From Raillietiella orientalis (taxonomy: Eukaryota), in contig JAYWIR010000057.1 of NCBI GenBank assembly GCA_036172245.1, positions 1 through 64,000 of the forward strand: 64,000 nucleotides of DNA, read 5' to 3'. Position 1 is the first letter of the stretch, and each line of letters starts with the position of its first letter. The translations under genes were made by a program, and so were the position numbers. The notes beneath the pieces are model-generated. The model made no database searches, had not been told where the DNA came from, and saw only the letters and a program-made list of their open reading frames with translations. This document shows positions 15,001 through 30,000 of this stretch, piece by piece.

Positions 15001-18000
15001 ACATCCCCACTTCATCCGAATCCCTTCCTCCACGAGAAGAAATCATAAGAGAACCGACCTAATTTCAAGAAGGGAGGATTGGTCTTAGTCTGGTTTTCAT
15101 CGCAACCATTTTTGCAATTCACAGATCACGTTTTTTGCCCTCCATCTGACTTTTTTCAGTGCAAATTTGCAGTGTTTGGTGATTTCAAATCATTTTCTAT
15201 GATGTCGATTCCATCGATGCGCTCCTTCCGAGCATCCGAACGCTTTCCGTCCCCTTTGGATGCAAATGCACCTTTATCACATCCCCACTTCATCCGAATC
15301 CCCTCCTCCACGTGAAGAAATCATAAGAGAACCGACCTAATTTCAAAAGGGGAGGATTGGTCTTAGTCTGGTTTTCATGGCAACCATTTTTGCAATTCAC
15401 AGATCAGGTTTTTTTCCCTCCACCTTCCTTTTTTCAGTGCAAATTTGCAGTGTTTGGTGATTTCAAATCATTTTCTATGATGTCGATTCCTTCGATGCGC
15501 TCCTTCCGAGCATCCGATCGGTTTCCGTCCACTTTGGATGCAAATGCACCTTAATCACATCCCCACTTCATCCGAATCCCTTCCTCCACGTGAAGAAATC
15601 ATAAGAGAACCGACCTAATTTCAAAAGGGGAGGATTGGTCTTAGTCTGGTTTTCATGGCAACCCTTTTTGCAATGCGCAGTTCAGGTTTTTTTCCCTCCA
15701 CCTTCCTTTTTTCAGTGCAAATTTGCAGTGTTTGGTGATTTCAAATCATTTTCTATGATGTCGATTCCTTCGATGCGCTCCTTCCGAGCATCCGATCGGT
15801 TTCCGTCCACTTTGGATGCAAATGCACCTTAATCACATCCCCACTTCATCCGAATCCCTTCCTCCACGTGAAGAAATCATAAGAGAACCGACCTAATTTC
15901 AAAAGGGGAGGATTGGTCTTAGTCTGGTTTTCATGGCAACCCTTTTTGCAATGCGCAGTTCAGGTTTTTTTCCCTCCACCTTCCTTTTTTCAGTGCAAAT
16001 TTGCAGTGTTTGGTGATTTCAAATCATTTTCTATGATGTCGATTCCTTCGATGCGCTCCTTCCGAGCATCCGATCGGTTTCCGTCCACTTTGGATGCAAA
16101 TGCACCTTAATCACATCCCCACTTCATCCGAATCCCCTCCTCCACGTGAAGAAATCATAAGAGAACCGACCTAATTTCAAAAGGGGAGGATTGGTCTTAG
16201 TCTGGTTTTCATGGCAACCCTTTTTGCAATGCACAGTTCAAGTTTTTTTCCGTCCGACTTGCTTTTTTCAGTGCAAATTTGCAGTGTTTGGTGATTTCAA
16301 ATCATTTTCTATGACGTCGATTCCACCGATGTGCTCCTTCCGAGCATCCGAACGGTTTCCGTCCACTTTGGATGCAAATGCACCTTTATCACATCCCCAC
16401 TTCATCCGAATCCCTTCCTAGAGGAGAAGAAATCATAAGGGAACCGACCTAATTTCAAAAGGGCAGGATTGGTCTTAGTCTGGTTTTCATGGCAACCATT
16501 TTTGCAATTCAGAGTTCCATTTTTTTTTCCATGCACCTTCCTCTTTTCAGTGCAAATTTGCAGTGTTTGGTGATTTCAAATCATTTTCTATGATGTCGAT
16601 TTTATCGATGCCCTCCTTCCGAGCATCCGATCGGTATCCGTCCACTTTGGATGCAAATGCACCTTAATCACATCCCCACTTCATCCGAATCCCTTCCTCC
16701 ACGTGAAGAAATCATAAGAGAACCGACCTAATTTCAAAAGGGCAGGATTGGTCTTAGTCTGGTTTTTATGGCAACCATTTTTGCAATTGAAAGATCGAGA
16801 TTTTTCCCTCCATCTTCCTTTTTTCAGTGCAAATTTGCAGTGTTTGGTGATTTAAAATCATTTTCTATGATGTCGATTCCTTCGATGCGCTCCTTCCGAG
16901 CATCCGAACGGATTCCTTACCCTTTGGATGCAAATATACCTTTATCACATCCCCACTTCATACGAATCCCTCCCTCCAGGAGAAGAAATCATAAGACAAC
17001 CGGCCTAATTTCAAGAGGGTAGGATTGGTCTTAGTCTGGTATTCATGGCAACCATTTTTGCAATGCACAGTTCAAGTTTTTTTCCGTCCACCTTGCTTTT
17101 TTCAGTGCAAATTTGCAGTGTTTGGTGATTTCAAATAATTTTCTATGATGTCGATTCCATCGATGCCCTCCTTGCGAGCATCCGAACGGTTTCCGTCCAC
17201 TTTGGAAGCAAATGCACCTTAATCACATCCCCACTTCATCCGAATCCCTCCCTCCAGGAGAAGTAATCATAAGAGAACCGACCGAATTTCAAGATCGGAG
17301 GATTGGTCTTAGTCTCGTTTTCATGGCAGCCATTTTTGCAATTCACAGTTCAAGTTTTTTTCCATGCACCTTCCTCTTTTCAGTGCAAATTTGCAGTGTT
17401 TGGTGATTTCAAATCATTTTCTATGATGTCGAATCCTTCGATGCGCTCCTTCCGAGCATCCGATCGGATTCCTTCCCCTTTGGATGCCAATGCACCTTTA
17501 TCACATCCCCACTTCATCCGAATCCCTTCCTCCAGGAGAAGTAATCATAAGAGAACCGACCCAATTTCAAGAGAAGAGGATTGGTCTTAGTCTGGTTTTC
17601 ATGGCAACCATTTTTGCAATGCACAGTTCAAGTTTTTTTCCCTCCACCTTCCTTTTTTCAGTGCAAATTTGCAGTGTTTGGTGATTTCAAATCATTTTCT
17701 ATGATGACGATTCCATCGATGCGCTCCTTTCGAGCATCCGAACGGTTTCCGTCCACTTTGGATGCAAATGCACCTTAATCACATCCCCACTTCATCCGAA
17801 TCCCTTCCTCCACGTGAAGAAATCATAAGAGAACCGACCTAATTTCAAAAGGGCAGGATTGGTCTTAGTCTGGTTTTCATGGCAACCATTTTTGCAATTG
17901 AAAGATCGAGATTTTTCCCTCCATCTTCCTTTTTTCAGTGCAAATTTGCAGTGTTTGGTGATTTCAAATCATTTTCTATGATGTCGATTCCTTCGATGCG

Positions 18001-21000
18001 CTCCTTCCGAGCATCCGAACGGTTTCCGTCCACTTTGGATGCAAATGCACCTTTATCACATCCCGACTTCATCCGAATCCCTTCCTAGAGGAGAAGAAAT
18101 CATAAGAGAACCGACCTAATTTCAAGAGGGGAGGATTGGTCTTAGTCTGGTTTTCATGGCAACCCTTTTTGCAATGCGCAGTACAAATGTTTTTCCCTCC
18201 ACCTTAATTTTTTCAATACAAATTTGCAGTGTTTGGTGATTTCAAATCATTTTCTATGATGTCGATTCCTTCGATGCGCTCCTTCCGAGCATCCGATCGG
18301 ATTTCTTCCCCTTTGGATGCCAATGCACCTTTATCACATCCCCACTTCATCCGAATCCCTTCCTCCACGTGAAGAAATCATAAGAGAACCGACCTAATTT
18401 CAAGAGAAGAGGATTGGTCTTAGTCTGGTTTTCATGGCAACCCTTTTTGCAATGCGCAGTTCAAGTTTTTTTCCGTCCACCTTGCTTTTTTCAGTGCAAA
18501 TTTGCAGTGTTTGGTGATTTCAAATCATTTTCTATGACGTCGATTCCACCGATGCGCTCCTTCCGAGCATCCGAACGGTTTCCGTCCACTTTGGATGCAA
18601 ATGCACCTTTATCACATCCCCACTTCATCCGAATCCCTTCCTAGAGGAGAAGAAATCATAAGGGAACCGACCTAATTTCAAGAGGGGAGGATTGGTCTTA
18701 GTCTGGTTTTCATGGCAACCCTTTTTGCAATGCGCAGTACAAATCTTTTTCCCTCCACCTTAATTTTTTCAATACAAATTTGCAGTGTTTGGTGATTTCA
18801 AATCATTTTCTATGACGTCGATTCCACCGATGCGCTCCTTCCGAGCATCCGAACGGTTTCCGTCCACTTTGGATGCAAATGCACCTTAATCACATCCCCA
18901 CTTCATCCGAATCCCTTCCTCCACGTGAAGAAATCATAAGAGAACCGACCTAATTTCAAAAGGGCAGGATTGGTCTTAGTCTGGTTTTCATGGCAACCAT
19001 TTTTGCAATTGAAAGATCGAGATTTTTCCCTCCATCTTCCTTTTTTCAGTGCAAATTTGCAGTGTTTGGTGATTTCAAATCATTTTCTATGATGTCGATT
19101 CCATCGATGCCCTCCTTCCGAGCATCCGAACGGATTCCTTCCCCTTTGGATGCAAATGCACCTTAATCACATCCCCACTTCATCCGAATCCCTAACTCCA
19201 GGAGAAAAAATCTTAAGACAAACCGACCTAATTTCAAGTGGGTAGGATTAGTCTTAGTCTGGTTTTCATGGCAACCATTTTTGCAATGCACAGTTCAAGT
19301 TTTTTTCCGTCCACCTTGCTTTTTTCAGTGCAAATTTGCAGTGCTTGGTGATTTCAAATCATTTTCTATGATGTCGATTCCATCGATGCCCTCCTTCCGA
19401 GCATCCGAACGGTTTCCGTCCACTTTGGATACAAATGCACCTTAATCACATCCCCACTTCATCCGAATCCCTAACTCCAGGAAAAAAAATCTTAAGACAA
19501 ACCGACCTAATTTCAAGTGGGTAGGATTAGTCTTAGTCTGGTTTTCATGGCAACCATTTTTGCAATGCACAGTTCAAGTTTTTTTCCGTCCACCTTGCTT
19601 TTTTCAGTGCAAATTTGCAGTGTTTGGTGATTTCAAATCATTTTCTATGATGTCGATTCCATCGATGCGCTCCTTCCGAGCATCCGAACGGTTTCCGTCC
19701 ACTTTGGATGCAAATGCACCTTAATCACATCCCCACTTCATCCGAATCCCTTCCTCCAGGAGAAGAAATCATAAGAGAACCGACCTAATTTCAAAAGGGC
19801 AGGATTGGTCTTAGTCTGGTTTTCATGGCAACCATTTTTGCAATTCACAGTTCCATTTTTTTTTCCATGCACCTTCCTCTTTTCAGTGCAAATTTGCAGT
19901 GTTTGGTGATTTCAAATCATTTTCTATGATGTCGATTTTATCGATGCCCTCCTTCCGAGCATCCGATCGGTATCCGTCCACTTTGGATGCAAATGCACCT
20001 TAATCACATCCCCACTTCATCCGAATCCCTTCCTCCACGTGAAGAAATCATAAGAGAACCGACCTAATTTCAAAAAAGCAGGATTGGTCTTAGTCTGGTT
20101 TTTATGGCAACCATTTTTGCAATTGAAAGATCGAGATTTTTCCCTCCATCTTCCTTTTTTCAGTGCAAATTTGCAGTGTTTGGTGATTTCAAATAATTTT
20201 CTATGATGTCGATTCCATCGATGCGCTCCTTCCGAGCATCCGATCGGATTTCTTCCCCTTTGGATGCCAATGCACCTTTATCACATCCCCACTTTATCCC
20301 AATCCCTTCCTCCACGTGAAGAAATCATAAGAGAACCGACCTAATTTCAAGAGAAGAGGATTGGTCTTAGTCTGGTTTTCATGGCAACCCTTTTTGCAAT
20401 GCGCAGTTCAAGTTTTTTTCCGTCCACCTTGCTTTTTTCAGTGCAAATTTGCAGTGTTTGGTGATTTCAAATCATTTTCTATGACGTCGATTCCATCGAT
20501 GCGCTCCTTCCGAGCATCCGAACGGTTTCCGTCCACTTTGGATGCAAATGCACCTTAATCACATCCCCACTTCATCCGAATCCCTTCCTCCAGGAGAAGA
20601 AATCATAAGAGAACCGACCTAATTTCAAGAGGGGAGGATTGGTCTTAGTCTGGTTTTCATGGCAACCATTTTTGCAATGCACAGTTCAAGTTTTTTTCCC
20701 TCCACCTTCCTTTTTTCAGTGCAAATTTGCAGTGTTTGGTGATTTCAAATCATTTTCTATGACGTCGATTCCATCGATGCGCTCCTTCCGAGCATCGGAA
20801 CGGTTTCCGTCCACTTTGGATGCAAATGCACCTTAATCACATCCCCACTTCATCCGAATCCCTTCCTCCACGTGAAGAAATCATAAGAGAACCGACCTAA
20901 TTTCAAAAGGGGAGGATTGGTCTTAGTCTGGTTTTCATGGCAACCATTTTTGCAATTCACAGTTCAAGTTTTTTTCCATGCACCTTCCTCTTTTCAGTGC

Positions 21001-24000
21001 AAATTTGCAGTGTTTAGTGATTTCAAATCATTTTCTATGATGTCGATTCCTTCGATGCGCTCCTTCCGAGCATCCGATCGGATTCCTTCCCCTTTGGATG
21101 CCAATGCACCTTTATCACATTTCCACTTCATTCGCATCCCTTCCTCCAGGAGAAGTAATCATAAGAGAACCGACCGAATTTCAAGAGAAGAGGATTGGTC
21201 TTAGTCTGGTTTTCATGGCAACCATTTTTGCAATTGAAAGATCAAGATTTTTCCCTCCATCTTCCTTTTTTCAGTGCAAATTTGCAGTGTTTGGTGATTT
21301 CAAATCATTTTCTATGATGTCGATTCCTTCGATGCGCTCCTTCCGAGCATCCGAACGGATTCCTTACCCTTTGGATGCAAATATACCTTTATCACATCCC
21401 CACTTCATACGAATCCCTCCCTCCAGGAGAAGAAATCATAAGACAACCGACCTAATTTCAAGAGGGTAGGATTGGTCTTAGTCTGGTATTCATGGCAACC
21501 ATTTTTGCAATGCACAGTTCAAGTTTTTTTCCGTCCACCTTGCTTTTTTCAGTGCAAATTTGCAGTGTTTGGTGATTTCAAATAATTTTCTATGATGTCG
21601 ATTCCATCGATGCCCTCCTTGCGAGCATCCGAACGGTTTCCGTCCACTTTGGAAGCAAATGCACCTTAATCACATCCCCACTTCATCCGAATCCCTCCCT
21701 CCAGGAGAAGTAATCATAAGAGAACCGACCTAATTTCAAGAGGGGAGGATTGGTCTTAGTCTGGTTTTCATGGCAACCCTTTTTGCAATGCGCAGTACAA
21801 ATGTTTTTCCCTCCACCTTAATTTTTTCAATACAAATTTGCAGTGTTTGGTGATTTCAAATCATTTTCTATGATGTCGATTCCTTCGATGCGCTCCTTCC
21901 GAGCATCCGATCGGATTTCGTCCCCTTTGGATGCCAATGCACCTTTATCACATCCCCACTTCATCCGAATCCCTAACTCCAGGAAAAAAAATCTTAAGAC
22001 AAACCGACCTAATTTCAAGTGGGTAGGATTAGTCTTAGTCTGGTTTTCATGGCAACCATTTTTGCAATGCACAGTTCAAGTTTTTTTCCGTCCACCTTGC
22101 TTTTTTCAGTGCAAATTTGCAGTGTTTGGTGATTTCAAATAATTTTCTATGATGTCGATTCCATCGATGCCCTCCTTGCGAGCATCCGAACGGTTTCCGT
22201 CCACTTTGGAAGCAAATGCACCTTAATCACATCCCCACTTCATCCGAATCCCTCCCTCCAGGAGAAGTAATCATAAGAGAACCGACCTAATTTCAAGTGG
22301 GTAGGATTAGTCTTAGTCTGGTTTTCATGGCAACCATTTTTGCAATGCACAGTTCAAGTTTTTTTCCGTCCACCTTGCTTTTTTCAGTGCAAATTTGCAG
22401 TGCTTGGTGATTTCAAATCATTTTCTATGATGTCGATTCCATCGAAGCCCTCCTTCCGAGCATCCGAACGGTTTCCGTCCACTTTGGATACAAATGCACC
22501 TTAATCACATCCCCACTTCATCCGAATCCCTAACTCCAGGAAAAAAAATCTTAAGACAAACCGACCTAATTTCAAGTGGGTAGGATTAGTCTTAGTCTGG
22601 TTTTCATGGCAACCATTTTTGCAATGCACAGTTCAAGTTTTTTTCCGTCCACCTTGCTTTTTTCAGTGCAAATTTGCAGTGCTTGGTGATTTCAAATCAT
22701 TTTCTATGATGTCGATTCCATCGAAGCCCTCCTTCCGTGCATCCGAACGGTTTCCGTCCACTTTGGATGCAAATGCACCTTAATCACATCCCCACTTCAT
22801 CCCAATCCCTCCCTCCAGGAGAAGAAATCATAAGAGAACCGACCGAATTTCAAGAGGGGAGGATTGGTCTTAGTCTGGTTTTCATGGCAACCATTTTTGC
22901 AATTGAAAGATCAAGATTTTTCCCTCCATCTTCCTTTTTTCAGTGCAACTTTGCAGTGTTTGGTGATTTCAAATAATTTTCTATGACGTCGATTCCATCG
23001 ATGCCCTCCTTCCGAGCACCCGAACGGTTTCCGTCCACTTTGGATGCAAATGCACCTTAATCACATCTTCACTTCTTCCGAATCCCTAACTCCAGGAGAA
23101 AAAATCTTAAGACAAACCGACCTAATTTCAAGAGGGTAGGATTAGTCTTAGTCTGGTTTTCATGGCAACCATTTTTGCAATGCACAGTTCAAGTTTTTTT
23201 CCGTCCACCTTGCTTTTTTCAGTGCAAATTTGCAGTGCTTGGTGATTTCAAATCATTTTCTATGATGTCGATTCCATCGAAGCCCTCCTTGCGAGCATCC
23301 GAACGGTTTCCGTCCCCTTTGGATGCCAATGCACCTTTATCACATCCCCACTTCATCCGAATCCCTTCCTCCAGGAGAAGTAATCATAAGAGAACCGACC
23401 CAATTTCAAGAGAAGAGGATTGGTCTTAGTCTGGTTTTCATGGCAACCATTTTTGCAATGCACAGTTCAAGTTTTTTTCCCTCCACCTTCCTTTTTTCAG
23501 TGCAAATTTGCAGTGTTTGGTGATTTCAAATCATTTTCTATGATGACGATTCCATCGATGCGCTCCTTCCCAGCATCCGAACGGTTTCCGTCCACTTTGG
23601 ATGCAAATGCACCTTAATCACATCCCCACTTCATCCGAATCCCTTCCTCCATGTGAAGAAATCATAAGAGAACCGACCTAATTTCAAGAGGGGAGGATTG
23701 GTCTTAGTCTGGTTTTCATGGCAACCATTTTTGCAATTCACAGTTCCATTTTTTTTTCCATGCACCTTCCTCTTTTCAGTGCAAATTTGCAGTGTTTGGT
23801 GATTTCAAATCATTTTCTATGATGTCGATTCCATCGATGCGCTCCTTCCGAGCATCCGATCGGTATCCGTCCACTTTGGATGCAAATGCACCTTAATCAC
23901 ATCCCCACTTCATCCGAATCCCTTCCTCCACGTGGAGAAATCATAAGAGAACCGACCTAATTTCAAAAGGGCAGGATTGGTCTTAGTCTGGTTTTTATGG

Positions 24001-27000
24001 CAACCATTTTTGCAATTGAAAGATCGAGATTTTTCCCTCCATCTTCCTTTTTTCAGTGCAAATTTGCAGTGTTTGGTGATTTCAAATAATTTTCTATGAT
24101 GTCGATTCCATCGATGCGCTCCTTCCGAGCATCCGATCGGATTTCTTCCCCTTTGGATGCCAATGCACCTTTATCACATCCCCACTTTATCCCAATCCCT
24201 TCCTCCACGTGAAGAAATCATAAGAGAACCGACCTAATTTCAAGAGAAGAGGATTGGTCTTAGTCTGGTTTTCATGGCAACCCTTTTTGCAATGCACAGT
24301 TCAAGTTTTTTTCCGTCCACCTTGCTTTTTTCAGTACAAATTTGCAGTGTTTGGTGATTTCAAATCATTTTCTATGACGTCGATTCCACCGATGCGCTCC
24401 TTCCGAGCATCCGAACGGTTTCCGTCCACTTTGGATGCAAATGCACCTTAATCACATCCCCACTTCATCCGAATCCCTTCCTCCACGAGAAGAAATCATA
24501 AGAGAACCGACCTAATTTCAAAAGGGGAGGATTGGTCTTAGTCTGGTTTTCATGGCAACCATTTTTGCAATTCACAGTTCAAGTTTTTTTCCATCCACCT
24601 TCCTTTTTTCAGTGCAAATTTGCAGTGTTTGGTGATTTCAAATCATTTTCTATGATGTCGATTCCTTCGATGCGCTCCTTCCGAGCATCCGATCGGATTC
24701 CTTCCCCTTTGGATGCAAATGCACCTTTATCACATTTCCACTTCATTCGCATCCCTTCCTCCAGGAGAAGTAATCATAAGAGAACCGACCGAATTTCAAG
24801 AGAAGAGGATTGGTCTTAGTCTGGTTTTCATGGCAACCATTTTTGCAATTGAAAGATCAAGATTTTTCCCTCCATCTTCCTTTTTTCAGTGCAAATTTGC
24901 AGTGTTTGGTGATTTCAAATCATTTTCTATGATGTCGATTCCTTCGATGCGCTCCTTCCGAGCATCCGAACGGATTCCTTACCCTTTGGATGCAAATATA
25001 CCTTTATCACATCCCCACTTCATCCGAATCCCTCCCTCCAGGAGAAGAAATCATAAGACAACCGACCTAATTTCAAGAGGGTAGGATTGGTCTTAGTCTG
25101 GTATTCATGGCAACCATTTTTGCAATGCACAGTTCAAGTTTTTTTCCGTCCACCTTGCTTTTTTCAGTGCAAATTTGCAGTGTTTGGTGATTTCAAATAA
25201 TTTTCTATGATGTCGATTCCATCGATGCCCTCCTTCCGAGCATCCGAACGGTTTCCGTCCCCTTTGGATGCAAATGCACCTTAATCACATCCCCACTTCA
25301 TCCGAATCCCTTCCTCCACGAGAAGATATCATAAGAGAACCGACCTAATTTCAAGAGGGGAGGATTGGTCTTAGTCTGGTTTTCATGGCAACCATTTTTG
25401 CAATGCAGAGTTCAAGTTTTTTTCCCTCCACCTTCCTTTTTTCAGTGCAAATTTGCAGTGTTTGGTGATTTCAAATCATTTTCTATGATGTCGATTCCAT
25501 CGATGCGCTCCTTCCGAGCATCCGAACGGATTTCTTCCCCTTTGGATGCAAATGCACCTTTATCACATCCCCACTTCATCCGAATCCCTACCTCCAGGAG
25601 AAGAAATCATAAGAGAACCGACCTAATTTCAAGAGGGTAGGATTAGTCTTAGTCTGGTTTTCATGGCAACCATTTTTGCAATGCACAGTTCAAGTTTTTT
25701 TCCGTCCACCTTGCTTTTTTCAGTGCAAATTTGCAGTGTTTGGTGATTTCAAATCATTTTCTATGATGTCGATTCCATCGATGCCCTCCTTCCGAGCATC
25801 CGAACGGTTTCCGTCCACTTTGGAAGCAAATGCACCTTAATCACATCCCCACTTCATCCGAATCCCTCCCTCCAGGAGAAGTAATCATAAGAGAACCGAC
25901 CTAATTTCAAGTGGGTAGGATTAGTCTTAGTCTGGTTTTCATGGCAACCATTTTTGCAATGCACAGTTCAAGTTTTTTTCCGTCCACCTTGCTTTTTTCA
26001 GTGCAAATTTGCAGTGCTTGGTGATTTCAAATCATTTTCTATGATGTCGATTCCATCGAAGCCCTCCTTCCGAGCATCCGAACGGTTTCCGTCCACTTTG
26101 GATACAAATGCACCTTAATCACATCCCCACTTCATCCGAATCCCTAACTCCAGGAAAAAAAATCTTAAGACAAACCGACCTAATTTCAAGTGGGTAGGAT
26201 TAGTCTTAGTCTGGTTTTCATGGCAACCATTTTTGCAATGCACAGTTCAAGTTTTTTTCCGTCCACCTTGCTTTTTTCAGTGCAAATTTGCAGTGCTTGG
26301 TGATTTCAAATCATTTTCTATGATGTCGATTCCATCGATGCCCTCCTTCCGAGCATCCGAACGGTTTCCGTCCACTTTGGATGCAAATGCACCTTAATCA
26401 CATCCCCACTTCATCCCAATCCCTCCCTCCAGGAGAAGAAATCATAAGAGAACCGACCGAATTTCAAGAGGGGAGGATTGGTCTTAGTCTGGTTTTCATG
26501 GCAACCATTTTTGCAATTGAAAGATCAAGATTTTTCCCTCCATCTTCCTTTTTTCAGTGCAACTTTGCAGTGTTTGGTGATTTCAAATAATTTTCTATGA
26601 CGTCGATTCCATCGATGCCCTCCTTCCGAGCATCCGAACGGTTTCCGTCCACTTTGGATGCAAATGCACCTTAATCACATCTTCACTTCTTCCGAATCCC
26701 TAACTCCAGGAGAAAAAATCTTAAGACAAACCGACCTAATTTCAAGAGGGTAGGATTAGTCTTAGTCTGGTTTTCATGGCAACCATTTTTGCAATGCACA
26801 GTTCAAGTTTTTTTCCGTCCACCTTGCTTTTTTCAGTGCAAATTTGCAGTGCTTGGTGATTTCAAATCATTTTCTATGATGTCGATTCCATCGAAGCCCT
26901 CCTTGCGAGCATCCGAACGGTTTCCGTCCCCTTTGGATGCCAATGCACCTTTATCACATCCCCACTTCATCCGAATCCCTTCCTCCAGGAGAAGTAATCA

Positions 27001-30000
27001 TAAGAGAACCGACCCAATTTCAAGAGAAGAGGATTGGTCTTAGTCTGGTTTTCATGGCAACCATTTTTGCAATGCACAGTTCAAGTTTTTTTCCCTCCAC
27101 CTTCCTTTTTTCAGTGCAAATTTGCAGTGTTTGGTGATTTCAAATCATTTTCTATGATGTCGATTCCATCGATGCGCTCCTTCCGAGCATCCGATCGGAT
27201 TTCTTCCCCTTTGGATGCCAATGCACCTTTATCACATCCCCACTTCATCCGAATCCCTTCCTAGAGGAGAAGAAATCATAAGGGAACCGACCTAATTTCA
27301 AGAGGGGAGAATTGGTCTTAGTCTGGTTTTCATGGCAACCCTGTTTGCAATGCGCAGTACAAATGTTTTTCCCTCCACCTTAATTTTTTCAATACAAATT
27401 TGCAGTGTTTGGTGATTTCAAATCATTTTCTATGATGTCGATTCCACCGATGCGCTCCTTCCGAGCATCCGAACGGTTTCCGTCCACTTTGGAAGCAAAT
27501 GCACCTTAATCACATCCCCACTTCATCCGAATCCCTCCCTCCAGGAGAAGTAATCATTAGAGAACCGACCGAATTTCAAGATCGGAGGATTGGTCTTAGT
27601 CTCGTTTTCATGGCAGCCATTTTTGCAATTCACAGTTCAAGTTTTTTTCCCTCCACCTTCCCTTTTTCAGTGCAAATTTGCAGTGTTTGGTGATTTCAAA
27701 TCATTTTCTATGATGTCGATTCCACCGATGCGCTCCTTCCGAGCATCCGAACGGTTTCCGTCCCCTTTGGATGCAAATGCACCTTAATCACATCCCCACT
27801 TCATCGGAATCCCTTCCTCCACGTGAAGAAATCATAAGAGAAGCGACCTAATTTTGAAAGGGCAGGATTGGTCTTAGTCTGGTTTTCATGGCAACCATTT
27901 TTGCAATTGAAAGATCGAGATTTTTCCCTCCATCTTCCTCTTTTCAGTGCAAATTTGCAGTGTTTGGTGATTTCAAATCATTTTCTATGATGTCGATTCC
28001 TTCGATGCGCTCCTTCCGAGCATCCGATCGGATTCCTTCCCCTATGGATGCCAATGCACCTTTATCACATCCCCACTTCATCCGAATCCCTTCCTCCAGG
28101 AGAAGTAATCATAAGAGAACCGACCGAATTTCAAGAGAAGAGGATTGGTCTTAGTCTGGTTTTCATGGCAACCATTTTTGCAATGCACAGTTCAAGTTTT
28201 TTTCCCTCCACCTTCCTTTTTTCAGTGCAAATTTGCAGTGTTTGGTGATTTCAAATCATTTTCTATGATGTCGATTCCACCGATGCGCTCCTTCCGAGCA
28301 TCCGAACGGTTTCCGTCCACTTTGGATGCAAATGCACCTTAATCACATCCCCACTTCATCGGAATCCCTTCCTCCACGTGAAGAAATCATAAGAGAAGCG
28401 ACCTAATTTTGAAAGGGCAGGATTGGTCTTAGTCTGGTTTTCATGGCAACCATTTTTGCAATTGAAAGATCGAGATTTTTCCCTCCATCTTCCTCTTTTC
28501 AGTGCAAATTTGCAGTGTTTGGTGATTTCAAATCATTTTCTATGACGTCGATTCCACCGATGTGCTCCTTCCGAGCATCCGAACGGTTTCCGTCCACTTT
28601 GGATACAAATGCACCTTAATCACATCCCCACTTCATCCGAATCCCTAACTCCAGGAAAAAAAATCATAAGACAAACCGACCTAATTTCAAGTGGGTAGGA
28701 TTAGTCTTAGTCTGGTTTTCATGGCAACCATTTTTGCAATGCACAGTTCAAGTTTTTTTCCGTCCACCTTGCTTTTTTCAGTGCAAATTTGCAGTGCTTG
28801 GTGATTTCAAATCATTTTCTATGATGTCGATTCCATCGAAGCCCTCCTTCCGAGCATCCGATCGGTATCCGTCCACTTTGGATGCAAATGCACCTTAATC
28901 ACATCCCCACTTCATCCGAATCCCTTCCTCCACGTGAAGAAATCATAAGAGAACCGACCTAATTTCAAAAGGGCAGGATTGGTCTTAGTCTGGTTTTTAT
29001 GGCAACCATTTTTGCAATTGAAAGATCGAGATTTTTCCCTCCATCTTCCTTTTTTCAGTGCAAATTTGCAGTGTTTGGTGATTTCAAATAATTTTCTATG
29101 ATGTCGATTCCATCGATGCGCTCCTTCCGAGCATCCGATCGGATTTCTTCCCCTTTGGATGCCAATGCACCTTTATCACATCCCCACTTCATCCGAATCC
29201 CTTCCTAGAGGAGAAGAAATCATAAGGGAACCGACCTAATTTCAAGAGGGGAGGATTGGTCTTAGTCTGGTTTTTATGGCAACCATTTTTGCAATTGAAA
29301 GATCGAGATTTTTCCCTCCATCTTCCTTTTTTCAGTGCAAATTTGCAGTGCTTGGTGATTTCAAATCATTTTCTATGATGTCGATTCCATCGAAGCCCTC
29401 CTTCCGAGCATCCGATCGGTATCCGTCCACTTTGGATGCAAATGCACCTTAATCACATCCCCACTTCATCCGAATCCCTTCCTCCACGTGGAGAAATCAT
29501 AAGAGAACCGACCTAATTTCAAAAGGGCAGGATTGGTCTTAGTCTGGTTTTTATGGCAACCATTTTTGCAATTGAAAGATCGAGATTTTTCCCTCCATCT
29601 TCCTTTTTTCAGTGCAAATTTGCAGTGTTTGGTGATTTCAAATCATTTTCTATGACGTCGATTCCACCGATGTGCTCCTTCCGAGCATCCGAACGGTTTC
29701 CGTCCACTTTGGATACAAATGCACCTTAATCACATCCCCACTTCATCCGAATCCCTAACTCCAGGAAAAAAAATCTTAAGACAAACCGACCTAATTTCAA
29801 GTGGGTAGGATTAGTCTTAGTCTGGTTTTCATGGCAACCATTTTTGCAATGCACAGTTCAAGTTTTTTTCCGTCCACCTTGCTTTTTTCAGTGCAAATTT
29901 GCAGTGCTTGGTGATTTCAAATCATTTTCTATGATGTCGATTCCATCGAAGCCCTCCTTCCGAGCATCCGAACGGTTTCCGTCCACTTTGGATGCAAATG

